A stretch of 63,520 nt of DNA, counting the filler, from Saprolegnia diclina VS20 (taxonomy: Eukaryota), in the NCBI RefSeq assembly GCF_000281045.1. It is 5 parts of 4 records of this genome, joined end to end, with 100 filler letters (N's around TTAATTAATTAA, not from the genome) between each part and the next. Parts side by side here need not be neighbours in the genome. Positions count along the whole stretch, not along the records: positions 26,320 to 40,805 come from NW_008246130.1; positions 40,906 to 60,997 come from NW_008246131.1; 3 more parts are not named here. One strand, given 5' to 3'. Shown piece by piece: positions 35,489 to 46,771 of this stretch. Each line of letters begins with the position of its first letter. The first letter of the stretch is position 1. The translations under genes and the position numbers were made by a program. Below the pieces are notes generated by a model. It ran no database searches. It was not told where the DNA came from and saw nothing but the letters and a program-made list of their open reading frames with translations.

Positions 35489-35909
35489 TGTGAGCCCTTG
35501 TTTGACATGCTGCGTCAACGTGTGTTCGGAGCTTCCGTAGTGTATGTGTGCTCTTGCTGGTCAACGGCGACAAGCGCACAGAAAGCGCTTCGCGAGCCAG
35601 CGGTCGTGGTCGTGCAAACTCAAAGTGCAAAGTCGGCGAGATGCACACTTCGTTTGTACTGGACAAGTACGCTAGCTACCCAAATGCTACTGCAGCTAGC
35701 GACAGTCGAGCTCGTCGAAAGAGCACAGCTCGTATACCACCATGCACGGACACTAGTCAAAAGCCTGCGCTGTGAAACCTTTGGAATTGCTGTCGGCCAG
35801 CAAAAGTTGTGGGATGGAGAACAAACGAAGACAAATGGATGTTAACCAAGACTCATGTTATTGGCTTTGCGTCACTGGTTTCTTGTTGCAACTGCGTTCC
35901 ATTAACAAC

Positions 35910-36365
35910 TTAGTTACGGGCGACCTGGCCGGCGATGCGGTCAAGATCGGTCTGGCCGTGGCTGGTAATGCGGCGGCCGCCCTTGTTGACACCCTCGGGG
36001 CACTTCTCGACGACCTTCATCTCCTCGAGCTGGTGGAGGATGTGGCGGATGAGACCACCCGACGCGGTCTGGAAGCGCTGGCGAAGGACACCGCGGCGGG
36101 CAGCGCCACCGTAGACCTTCTTGAGGGCACCGATACCGGTGTTTTCGCGGAGGTAGACCTTGCGGGCGATCGAGGCGGCACGGATGTAGTACCAGTCGGC
36201 ATCGACGGGCGAGTGCTCCTTGTACGAGGCCGTCTTGACAATGTCCCACCAGTTGGGGAGCTCCATCTTGCCCGAGCGCTTGAGGTGCTCAGCGTAGAGC
36301 TTGATGAAATCAGCGGGCTTGACGTCACGGACGGTCACACCGCGGGGAGCTTCGAAATCAGCCAT
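35910..36365 (-). CDS. RPS19: 40S ribosomal protein eS19; 209-nt intron in the 5'UTR (36367-36575)
   Basis: [71 protein letters not shown] acceptor, GTAAGT donor at 36575. Confidence 0.97.
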   Translation of the reverse strand: MADFEAPRGVTVRDVKPADFIKLYAEHLKRSGKMELPNWWDIVKTASYKEHSPVDADWYYIRAASIARKVYLRENTGIGALKKVYGGAARRGVLRQRFQTASGGLIRHILHQLEEMKVVEKCPEGVNKGGRRITSHGQTDLDRIAGQVARN

Positions 36366-36418
36366 TCTGTAGAGTCTACCAGGCAACGACTAGAGTAAGA
36401 ACACGTCTGTACCACCGC

Positions 36419-36555
36419 AATTGTGGGCTAATCGTCGCGCGCCATTGCTAGCGCGGACGACGTCGCACCATGATCGCAGGACAGTCTCGGTTCTCAAGAG
36501 AACGCCATTAGACCAGCCCGGAACATCGTCTTCGTCGTGGACGGACGACGACATC
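36419..36555 (-). ncRNA. Candidate intronic structured RNA, box H/ACA-like
   Basis: Small hairpin, AGACGA (ANANNA), a large multi-stem hairpin closed by GGGCUGGUC/GAUUAGCCC, then ACA; lies in an intron about 4x longer than typical here. Confidence 0.4.
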
Positions 36556-36589
36556 GCATGGAAGAGAGCACTTACTTTGGTAGAACTTT

Positions 36590-36900
36590 GCAACAAGAAG
36601 AGTGGAAATTTCGCCACCAATGCAAGCGAAGGCCCAGTCGCTCCTGGCCAGTTGGCTGGCATCGCAAATCGATTGGCTATTATTCCAATATTCGTACAAG
36701 GCCATTGGCCAATAATCAGCGAATGGCATCGACGAACGTTTCGGCCAATTAGCGGAAAAGCCGGAGCGCAACCCGGAGCGCCCGGCCGCCAAACGCCGGG
36801 ATTGGGTGGTGGCTGTCCAAGGCCGAATTTTGGCCAATGGCCTTGAGCGATTTGGCTACGCTTGGCCACCAACCACAAAAGCCATTTTCAGATCGAAAGC
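36590..36900. promoter_or_regulatory. Bidirectional RPS19/NOP58 promoter with 8 CCAAT/ATTGG boxes
   Basis: CCAAT or ATTGG at 36617, 36672, 36685, 36704, 36709, 36745, 36801, 36834; INR-like GCCATTTTCAGAT at 36881. Confidence 0.75.
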
Positions 36901-38449
36901 ATGTTGGTGTTGTTCGAAACCGCGGCCGGCCACGCGCTCTTCAAGGTCCAGGACGAAGGCAAGCTCGCCAACGTCGATGACATCCACAAGCACTTTGCGT
37001 CGTCGGACAAGGCCAGCCAAGTGTACGTACAAAACGCGCCTATCTTCTGGGCGAAACTCGAGCAAAGTGGACTAAGTGCTTGGATCTTATAGTGTCAAGT
37101 TGAAGGCCTTCAACGCCTTCAAGGACACGACGGAAGCTGTGGCCGCCGCTGCCGACTGCACGGATGGCACGGTCGGCAAGAGCCTCAAGAAGTTCTTGAA
37201 GAAGCACGTCAAAGACGCTGGCGTCTCGGACAAGCTCGCCGTCATGGACAAGGCCTTTGGTGGTATCATCAAGGAGAAGCTTGGCATCCAGTGCGTGCAC
37301 GACAAGTCGGTCGACGAACTCATGCGTGGTATCCGTACCCACATGAGCTCGCTCATCTCGGGCCTCGAGGACCAGGACCTCAAGAACATGACGCTTGGTC
37401 TCTCGCACTCGCTCTCGCGCTACAAGCTCAAGTTCAGCGCCGATAAGGTCGACACGATGATCGTCCAGGCCATCGGCCTCCTCGACGAACTCGACAAGGA
37501 GATCAACACGTACGCCATGCGCGTCCGTGAGTGGTTCGGCTGGCACTTCCCGGAGATGGGCAAGATTGTCACGGACAACCTCCAGTACGCCCGCACGGTC
37601 GTCAAGATGGGCATCCGCACCAACGTCAAGTCGCTCGACTTCTCCGACATCCTCTCGTCGGACGTCGAGGCCTCGATGCGCGAGGTCTGCGAAGTGTCGA
37701 TGGGCACGGACATCTCGGAAGAGGACGTCATCAACATTGGCTCGCTCTGCGAGCAGGTCATCTCGCTCACGGAATACCGCGGCCAGCTCTTCGACTACCT
37801 CAAGAACCGCATGAACGCCATCGCGCCTAACCTCACGGTCATGGTCGGCGAGCTCGTCGGTGCCCGCCTCATCGCGCACGCCGGTTCGCTCATGAACCTC
37901 GCCAAGCACCCCGCGTCGACGGTCCAGATCCTCGGTGCCGAGAAGGCGCTCTTCCGCGCCCTTAAGACCAAGCACGATACCCCCAAGTACGGTTTGATCT
38001 ACCACGCTTCGCTCATCGGCCAGACCGCGCCCAAGCACAAGGGCAAGATCTCGCGTGTCCTCGCCGCCAAGACGGCGCTCGCCGTCCGCGTTGATGCGCT
38101 CGGCGACGCTACGGAAGCGACGATCGGCTTTGACAACCGCGCCAAGGTCGAGGCCCGCATGCGCCAGCTCGAGAACGGCTTCACCGGCATTGCCTCGGGC
38201 AAGGGCAAGGCCAAGAACGACCCCAAGAAGTACGTCAAGGAGGCGACGCCGGCCACGCAGGTGTACAACGACGCCAACGACATGAAGGTCGCGAAGAAGC
38301 GCAAGGCCGAGGACGACGACGAAGCGTCGGACAAGAAGAAGGCCAAGAAGGAGAAGAAGGCCAAGAAGGAGAAGAAGGCCGACGTCGAAGAGGAAGTCGA
38401 GTCGGAGGAGAAGGACAAGAAGAAGAAGAAGAAGAAGAAGTCGGAGTAA
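36901..38449 (+). CDS. NOP58: Box C/D snoRNP protein NOP58 (intron 37023-37092)
   Basis: MLVLFETAAGHALFK; LGLSHSLSRYKLKFSADKVDTMIVQAI; REWFGWHFPE; STVQILGAEKALFRALKT..TPKYG; KKE-rich tail. Confidence 0.97.
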
Positions 38450-39484
38450 ATATGCTCTCTGACGACTGATACCCCACCTAGTTTCTTTATAAATACAAAC
38501 TTTTCGTTATTTGCATCGTAGTCGAGCATGTGCCACCGTCCTGCTGCTCGTCGTCCTACCCTACCTTAACCTTGATGCCAGGCGCCTCGAGGGTAAGGAG
38601 GCCGGCGTCAGCCAATCCGCCCTTCTGAGATGCTCGAGGAAGATAATAGCAAGCGCATGACGAACGGTCATGCTAGTAGTCGAGGAGACCTTCTCGAGGC
38701 AAATGACATGTATAGACCGAGCAGTGGGCAGCCAGTCCAGTGCGTCGAGCTGGACATGAAGGTCCTGTGTTACCTCCTTGGAGCCAATTCCTCCGTCGCA
38801 CGTCTCATGTGTCTACAAGCGTTAGCTGGCTACTTCTCCCGCGACTCAACTCGAGCTCCGCCTGCCGCATAGTCGGATCTGGCGCGGCGAGGGCTAGGGC
38901 AGTAGGGCAATACACAGGGCTTGTTTATGAAGTAGCCACTTGGGCCGCGCCGCATTCTCATCACAGACAACATTACGTGAGCCATCAACAGACAAGTTTG
39001 CATAGACGCTAGCTATCTCGACGTTGTCGCCGGCAAAAAGGCTCGTAGGCGAAGCACCAGGTCGATCGAGTGTCCTCACCGTAGCAGCGCCGTGGCGACA
39101 CGACCTGATTTGGTACCCAAAATTGGAATAGCGAGCCCGACGGGCGACCCCGTCTTTGCGCGGCAGGTGCGAGAGAGCGTCGACGCGGGCAAAACCGGCC
39201 CTTCTTCATCTTCGGTCCGTGGTACATCGGTCGGTGCCCGGCGTTTATACCGGTATCCCGTATGGGACGGCACCTGGAACATATGCGGTGTGACCGCCAC
39301 GCAGCGATCGCGTCCAAATTTCAGGCCGCGCCTTTGCGGCGAGGATGTGTCCTCGTCCTTCAAGCTTGTGTCTACAAGATGTCGAAAGGTGCATTTCTTT
39401 GTCGCATGTCACCCAAAGATGATCCGCGGGGCTTGCTTTTGTGCTCGCCGGTTCTATTCCCGTTGCCTCGTTGGCAATTGAGAT

Positions 39485-39498
39485 TCATTTTCCAATCC
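39485..39498 (+). promoter_or_regulatory. INR+FPR core promoter element
   Basis: TCATTTTCCAATCC about 40 nt upstream of ATG 39528. Confidence 0.65.
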
Positions 39499-39527
39499 GC
39501 TACAAGCTACATCGTTCCCTCATCGTC

Positions 39528-40652
39528 ATGTCGACTCGAACGCTCGACGCACTTCCCGCGAGCTTTGCCGACGTGCCCCGCGCCGTCGTCAACGCCGGCG
39601 GCATCACGGGCTACGTGACCAAGACCCTTTCCGTGCACATTTCGTCCAACCCGAGCACAGGCACGAAGCTCTGCGCGTACGTTTTGAGCCTGCTGACGTC
39701 GCTCCCGCTTCTCCTGCTGCCACGTACGCCCACGCTTTGATGTTGGCGTTTCGGATGCTTGACTCTGCACTTGGCTAGTGTTTGTCGCGCTCAAGAGCGA
39801 CGGCGACATTGCGTGGACGTGGGCCCACACGTTGATCCCGCTCTGGATCCTCGATGCGCTCCTCTTCCCCATCTACTTTCACTTGACGCGCACGCACGAC
39901 ACGGTCAACACTGTTGTCGAGGGCGACATCAACGCCGATACGACGGCGCTCCTCTCGACGACGCCAAGCACGATTATGACCAAGTGCGTTTCTTGTGTGT
40001 AGCGTGGCGAGATGACACTCATGCCTTCATGATGACTAGGATCCAGATGCTCAGCCTTGTCTTTACGATCCTCACGCAAGTGCTCGTGACGATGCGCCTC
40101 GACGGCCACCTCGCGTGGAAGTGGAGCTATATTTCGCTGCCGTACTGCCTCGTTATGATCTTTGACCCGTCGATCACGTCCGTGCTGCAAGTCCTCCAGG
40201 CCATTTTTGTGGCGCAAAAGCTCGACATGGAGCTCTCGTGGAGCTGGGCCGTCATCTTGCTGCCGACGTGGCTCCCAGCGTTCGTCATCGTCTTTGTCCT
40301 CGTACGTTGATTTGCATGGGAAATGGCGGCTTCTCACGCTCTCTCTGCCTCATAGCCCTCGATTGTGTTTGTGAGCATGATGTCGGCGACCGAAGAGAAC
40401 GCGCAGCCGTCGTTTCTCCGCGCGTTGCTCGCGTTTGTTGGGCTCGTAGTTTCGCTTGGCCTCGTCTTTGGCCCACAGATGCTCCTCGTTCTCCGCCTCG
40501 AGTACGTGGCCTTCTCGGCGCTCTACATTGTGTGGCCGTGGCTCCTTCTTTACGGCCTCTTTGTCCTTGGCGGTCTTGCCCACGTCTTTGTGTCGCCGGC
40601 TGAGAAGGACATGGAGAACGTCTCGGTCACCGTCTCGTACGGCACGGTCTAA
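39528..40652 (+). CDS. TMEM185 / transmembrane fragile-X-F family protein (4 exons)
   Basis: Repeated units ALKSDGDIAWTWAHTLIPLW, MRLDGHLAWKWSYISLPY, QKLDMELSWSWAVILLPTW, LRLEYVAFSALYIVWPW. Confidence 0.8.
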
Positions 40653-40905
40653 GACGCATGTTGCTTCCAGTTAATCCCATCAACTTATGTGCATGCCCGT
40701 TTCTGCATTGGTCTTCAAGTGCCATCGATGCTTCGTTGGGACCGTAGACAGTTGCGGACTCAGTAGACGCCACGAGTAGGCGTCACCCCACACACATGAG
40801 CAACGNNNNNNNNNNNNNNNNNNNNNNNNNNNNNNNNNNNNNNNNNNNNTTAATTAATTAANNNNNNNNNNNNNNNNNNNNNNNNNNNNNNNNNNNNNNN
40901 NNNNN

Positions 40906-42260
40906 AACTGAACAATGCCAACGTGTCCTTCCGAGGCCGCCCAGTCGATGGCGCGCGTCGAGCAGCCATCCGTACGGTGTTGATGGAGGTAGCGCACCAT
41001 GCCATCGAAACCGCGAAAGGCCGCGCGGTCCATTGCGTGCACGCTGCAGCGCTCGGTGCGGTGTTCGGTGAGGAACTGGATCGCTTCGAGCTGGTTGGCC
41101 CGGGCAGCACCGTCGATGCCGTTGCTCGAGCAGCCCTCGTTTCGGTTGGCGTGGAGAAACCGGAGGACGTCCAGGCGTCCGTGGTAGGCCGCGCGGTCCA
41201 TGGCCCACGTCGTACACCCCTCGGTTCGGTGGGCATGGAGGTAGCGCACGACGTCGAGGTGGCCGTTGCCGGCCGCCATGTCCATCGCGTACGTCGAGCA
41301 CGGCGCGCGGCACACCTGGTCGAGGTACGTGACGAGGTCCAGCTTGCCTTCCTCGGCCTGCAATGTCCAATGCGTCTTCCGAGATGACACCGCCGCAGTG
41401 CGACCGCAGATACGCCTCCACGTCTGCGTGTTCCTGCAGAATGGCCTGATCTAAAGGAGATGGCGAGCACCCTTCGTCTCGGTGGCCGTGCAGCCACGTC
41501 ACGATGTCGAGGCGGCCGTTCTTGGCCGCGCTGTCCATCGCTGCGACCGAGCACGCGTTGCAGCCGCCGTCGTGCAGCAGCATAAGCATCTCGAGGTCGC
41601 CTCGAGCGGCGGCGACGTCCATGGCGAGCGAGATACCACAGCCAATGGACGCGGTCACGAGCCCAACGATTGCCAGAACGACCAAGTTTTCTTGTACGAG
41701 GTAGCGCAGGAGCGCAAGGTGGCTGTTGTCGATGGCGGCGTGCGCCAGCGCGATTGGGAACTGCAGGCGCGACGCGAGCATGTCGAGCCAGACGTTGGCC
41801 ATCGGCGCAGATGTGAGCGCTGCGATCGTCACGTCGGCGGGGCCACTCGGCCTGTCCGAGCCCGTGGGCACATACCGGTTGTAGTACCGGCGTCCATACC
41901 GCATCTCCTTGGCTTCGTCGTAGTTGATGTACGCAGCGACGCGGGTGTACATGCTCTTGGATCGAANNNNNNNNNNNNNNNNNNNNNNNNNNNNNNNNNN
42001 NNNNNNNNNNNNNNNNNNNNNNNNNNNNNNNNNNNNNNNNNNNNNNNNNNNNNNNNNNNNNNNNNNTGCTCTTGGATCGAAAAAATGGTCGTCGAGGTAG
42101 AGATGGACGCTTGGGAGCTAGGCGAGGTCGCCGGGCCAGTCGCTGTCAAAAGCGTCGAACCAGATCGCGTACTTGTCCACGTTGGAGGCGGCGTCGAGTT
42201 GGCCGTTGAGGAACTCGGCGAGCGGGCCCGCAAAGGCCCAGTCACCAATGCGATAAACCG
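40906..42260 (-). pseudogene. Ankyrin-repeat gene (Saprolegniales expanded family), disrupted
   Basis: Repeats AMD.AA.NGHL.VV..LH.HR.EGC; N-terminal AGPL..W.DAF..DWPGDL; in-frame TAG at 42118-42120, frame change in the T-run near 42082, +1 frameshift near 41358; interrupted by gaps. Confidence 0.75.
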
Positions 42261-42463
42261 ACACGTTTTATCTCCTGAACATGCGTTATATTGCCGTTGC
42301 ACAAGTTAAAGTATCGCAAGAGATCTATCCAGCCCATACAGAAGGACGTCTCATATCTGAGGATATGCCGTAGAGTTTGCTGTCTTCAACATCACTACGT
42401 CAACTCTTCCTTGTATCGGAATATGTCATTCAACGTGTGGTGACACCTTCTTTTCTCGTCAAG

Positions 42464-43586
42464 CTATATGGTGTCAAAGGCGCACTGGACGACGCGGATG
42501 CTGGCCTCGAGCGTCGCAAACTCGATGCGGAGTTTGTCGAGGCGGAACGAAAAAAGCGCCTCGGTCGCCTCACCGCGCTTCTGGTGCACGCTGCGAATGT
42601 CGAGGACGAGGATCTGAGCGATCGCGTCCTTGAGCTCGTCGACGCTGTGGTAAAACTCGAGCCGCTTGGAGTTGATGGCTGCTTCTAGCTGCGCCAACGC
42701 TCTAGACAGTTGAGCATGACATCAACGAAGACCCCAGCGGCGCGTAGTACTCGTCGGCAAACTCGACCGGTCGCGGCAGAATGTCGTGGCGCTCCATGAC
42801 CCACTCGGGGCACTCGAGGTCGTCGACGCGGTCGTACGGCACGTACGGCTTGACGTCCAGAATGGGCGTGCCGTGCACAAAGTCGTGGCCGCTGATCTCG
42901 ATCGTCCGACTAGTTATGGCTACACATGAGTTTCCACACAGATGCAGTTATGACAATAATGTACTCGTAGACAGCATCGAGCTTGACGACCGTGAGCCCG
43001 ATCGAATTGGGGCGGTGCGGCGTCCGCGTCGAGAAGAGACCGACCTTCTTCCCGCCAAGCCTACGCACAACGTGATGTGCTAGGTCGTAGGGGCATGATG
43101 GTACCGCGGCGGCGCAATCTTAGCCGGATACGTCGTCTTCTTATTGGCCGCCACTTTGGACACGTTGGTGTTTTCGTGGAAGACAAAGAGGACCCAGACG
43201 TGGCTGAACTGGTCGAGGCACTCGAGCGACGCCGGCGGGACGCTCGTGACGAGGCGGATGCGGCCCTTGGACGCGGGTACGAGCGCGCCTTGGCGGGGCG
43301 TACCGCGACGGTCCGCAAAGCACGACTCGACCGACCCGATCGGCTCAAAGTTGTAGCCGTCGCGGTCCAGCTGCTGCTGCGCAATCAGCCGCGCGTCGCG
43401 CTCCGCGTTGGTGCGCCCGAGCCGCTCCTGAGCGCGCAGCTTGGTCTCCTTCTCGAGCTTCGTCTCGAGTTCGGCGATCGTCGCCAACAGCTCGGCGTCT
43501 GGGTTGCTCGGTGACGCGCAGTAGGCAGCGGCGGCAGCTCCCAAGGCCGCGCCGAGCACCAGCGTCGACCACGGGTGGGCGAGCAT
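42464..43586 (-). CDS. TRMO: tRNA (adenine-37-N6) methyltransferase TrmO/TsaA-like with N-terminal TM and coiled coil (multi-exon)
   Basis: PIGSVESCFADRRGTPRQG, LDQFSHVWVLFVFHEN, KIAPPR, GLFSTRTPHRPNSIGLT, DFVHGTPILDVKPYVP, IAQILVLDIRS. Confidence 0.9.
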
Positions 43587-44468
43587 GAGCAATCACGAGC
43601 AACAGCCAATCGTTGGCCGGGATAGAATCAATGCCCTCTGATTGGCCCGATATCCGAGCTTCTGGGATCCGAGCACAAAGGCATACAGTATATACCAACT
43701 ACAGTCGAGATGGAAGATATGACAATGTCAAGTACATAAAATTCCACCACGTCGTTGAGCGTATTACCAGGCAGGTTGTGGGCTCGTCATTCTCGCTCTG
43801 ATGTAAAAAATAGGCGACAAAGCCATAGGATTGGTGGGTGATGCTTATTTTTNNNNNNNNNNNNNNNNNNNNNNNNNNNNNNNNNNNNNNNNNNNNNNNN
43901 NNNNNNNNNNNNNNNNNNNNNNNNNNNNNNNNNNNNNNNNNNNNNNNNNNNNAGAAGAGAGCGTGCTATGCCACGTCGCCGTTGGCGACCTACAACCCTC
44001 CATATTCCCAATCAAATATAAAGAGCAGTGCTATTTAACTTGTTTTGAACATTAAATAACAGGTCCCTTGCGGGGTGAGCTGGTAGGAACTTTTGTATTG
44101 AATGCGAAGCGTTGATTAACGGTATTGCGACGACGGCGCGTTGGCCTAGACAAAAGTCAACGCTCGACCTTCGCTGCGCTGCGGTGCGCAGACTTTTCCG
44201 GGCCAACGCGCCGTCGTCGCTTGCTGCGGTCTTCGCGCGCTTCTGCAATCCAAATGCAGCTGCATTGCGATTAGGTGCGGAAATACCTTATGTTCGACAT
44301 GTGCTCTAAGAAGTGCGTCGTACTTAATTTATACAGAATCAAGTATAATGTCCCACATGTGACAGCACTTAACAGGGACGGCAAAATCGCACTTCACTGG
44401 ACATGTTCCGCGTGATGCGATTGGCTTAGACCAATGCAACTGCGTTGCATTGGCCAAAATGTCGTAAA

Positions 44469-45028
44469 TTATAGCCAATGGGTTGGCGAGAAAATACGAA
44501 TTAATCCCCTGGGATGCTGGTACACCACGTAAACGTTCCTACCAGGAAAAATCGCCATGTCGAGCACGGTTGCTGCGTCATAGCTCTGCGCCAGGATAGT
44601 TTGCGACGTACTACATACCAGTGCCACTATGTTGCTTGTGCGAAGGATACGCGTATGAGAGGTGCTTGCGAAGTTGTTTCTGGTGCATTCGACGAGCCCA
44701 ACACGTCCACTACTTACAAATCGAGGCATTCATTAAGCAGTTGGTCATGGTACCCATTGAGCTGTACTAGTACCCCGGAATGTCCTCTCAGTCGTGGCTT
44801 GGACTGCGCGCGGTCACTGTGCCTGCCGGAATCGTTCGACTTCAGTGACAAACTATCGCTGGCAGTTGGGCCGGCCACACAAGTCAAACCTTGACGACTA
44901 GAGTTGATGACGTACCGCATCGAAAAACATACTCTTGCAGATTCCGTACGGACCCACTGCGCACTCTTGTGCTGCACGTGCTCAAAGGCTTCGTCTGTCG
45001 GCGTTTCTTGGCTATGGCATTGGCCCAT
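44469..45028 (-). CDS. Possible small hypothetical protein starting MGQCHS (myristoylation/palmitoylation-type N-terminus)
   Basis: ATG 45028 followed by MGQCHSQETPTDEAF; downstream exon structure unresolved. Confidence 0.3.
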
Positions 45029-45111
45029 GCATTACAATCTTATCAAGTTGATAGTTATATGCAATCAAACCAAGAAAGAGGGTTGCTCTCTACTCGGTTG
45101 TTGTAGATCCG

Positions 45112-46485
45112 TCAGCAATTTTTTGCCTTTTTCACTAGTAGGTACTGGACCGATAGCATAAAAAATCCTCTCTGACTAATTTTTATCAGGCCTTCATGGA
45201 CCCCCACCATCGGGCCATTGTGTGCCGCCACCAAAGGCTTGCTTTCTGAGTCGCGCGGAAGATTTTGCGGCCGCTTTTTGATGAGATAGTCCACGACGTT
45301 CAAGTGCCCGGCACTTGCCGCTCGTGCCGCTGCGCTCACGGGGCAGCCTTCGGATCGCGCGTCGAGTAGGAACCGGACGACACGGAGATGGCCGTTGGTG
45401 GCAGCGAGGTCTATCGCGCGGCGTGAGCAGCCGCCGTTGCAGTGGCGGTGGAGCCACTGCATCGTTTCTAAGTGGCCGTTGCGCGCCGCAAAGTCCATGG
45501 CGTTCGTCGAGCAGACGTCGTCATAGTGCGTGTGGAGGTACTGGATGATCTTGAGGTGGCCACCAGCCGCCGCCTGGTCCATGAGATGGGACGGGCACGG
45601 TGCGTTGCAGACCTGGTGCAGGTAGCGCACTGCGTCAATGTTATCGGCTTCAATTATCTTGCGCAGTGCGGAAGCCGACGCGTCGAGACGTAGATGTGCC
45701 CGCAGGTACGCTGCCACCTTGTAGTGGCCATTGGCAACGGCGCCGTCGACAGCCGCGCAACTGCCGCCTTCACGCCGGTGCGTGGCGAGCCACTGCACGA
45801 TATGCAGGTGACCATTGGTCGCGGCCAAGTCCATCGCGGTCGTCGAGCACTTGTTCTTGCCAAGGACATGCAGCAACTCCAAAACGTGCAAGCGCCCGTG
45901 CGCCGCCGCCTTGGCCATGGCGCGGTCCGTCGGTGTCGTTTTCTGCAGTCCATCCCAGGACGGCGCGCTGTACAGGCTGGCTGCGTCGACGTCGTGATCG
46001 CACAAAAGACTCTGTAGTAGGTCGGTGTGGCCTCCAACGACGGCGGCTTCGGCGAGGACTCGGGGGTCGGCAATGTCGATCTCGTCCCACCAGACGTTCT
46101 CCATCGCGGCGGCGCGGAGGTGGGTGAGGACGACGCGACGACTGATGCCGCCGCGCACGCAGCTCTGAATATAATTCTTGACGTGCGCATACGTGGCGCG
46201 GAAGGAAATCGAGCGGCAGTCGTCGTACGTGATGGTCTTGGGCGGCAGCAGCGCGAAGTCGCCGCACCAGCCCTTGCGCAAGGCGTCGTGCCAAATGATG
46301 TCGGTGTCGCAGCAGGCACCGCCCGTGAGGTAGGTCGTGAGCGGACCCGCGTAGGCGTAGATGATTGAATGGACGTCTTGGATCGTGTCCCACATGTGCG
46401 GCAGTGAATACTCGCTCTCCCAGTCGGTGGCTCTGAACGACAATGGGACTGACGTGACGTCCTGAAGCCCGGTTGAGACGACCAC
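45112..46485 (-). CDS. Ankyrin-repeat protein (Saprolegniales expanded family); first in-frame ATG at 46395
   Basis: MWDTIQDVHSIIYAYAGPLT...W.DA..GWCGDF; about 8 repeats of AMDLAATNGHL.IVQWL. Confidence 0.88.
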   Translation of the reverse strand: MVVSTGLQDVTSVPLSFRATDWESEYSLPHMWDTIQDVHSIIYAYAGPLTTYLTGGACCDTDIIWHDALRKGWCGDFALLPPKTITYDDCRSISFRATYAHVKNYIQSCVRGGISRRVVLTHLRAAAMENVWWDEIDIADPRVLAEAAVVGGHTDLLQSLLCDHDVDAASLYSAPSWDGLQKTTPTDRAMAKAAAHGRLHVLELLHVLGKNKCSTTAMDLAATNGHLHIVQWLATHRREGGSCAAVDGAVANGHYKVAAYLRAHLRLDASASALRKIIEADNIDAVRYLHQVCNAPCPSHLMDQAAAGGHLKIIQYLHTHYDDVCSTNAMDFAARNGHLETMQWLHRHCNGGCSRRAIDLAATNGHLRVVRFLLDARSEGCPVSAAARAASAGHLNVVDYLIKKRPQNLPRDSESKPLVAAHNGPMVGVHEGLIKISQRGFFMLSVQYLLVKKAKNC

Positions 46486-46771
46486 AACCCGATGCAGCTG
46501 TGATATAGCGAGACATCGTGAAAATTTTGCTCAGTGAAAACCACTGGATTCTCATCGATGGATAGTTGACGTTGGATAGATCTTAGTAGCCAAGCCGGAT
46601 CTTAGCGCGCATCAATGATATACTTCAATAATGCTGCCGAGATGATGGCACAAATTTCAACGCGCCTTGCGATCACCTATCAGCGGCATCTGACAACAGT
46701 ACCGTGCGTGCAACAAAGCCCAACGCACATGATACGATTGATAAAATCTTCTAGCTCCAAGAACTGAGATG

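Noticed and set aside
36367..36575. TPP riboswitch, box C/D snoRNA or U17/snR30 in the RPS19 intron
   Set aside because: UGAGA is present but the CUGAU...AAU...CG core is not; no UGAUGA/CUGA boxes; no m1/m2 motifs
38335..38440. AAG-rich microsatellite-like tract
   Set aside because: Encodes the normal lysine-rich KKE/D tail of NOP58
38555..38572. CCTACCCTACCTTAACC as a telomere-like repeat or telomerase template
   Set aside because: Does not match 1.5 copies of CCCTAAA or CCCTAA; too short and degenerate
44641..44652. GTATCCTT U12-type donor on the minus strand
   Set aside because: No CCTTAAC branch site downstream and no reliable gene model
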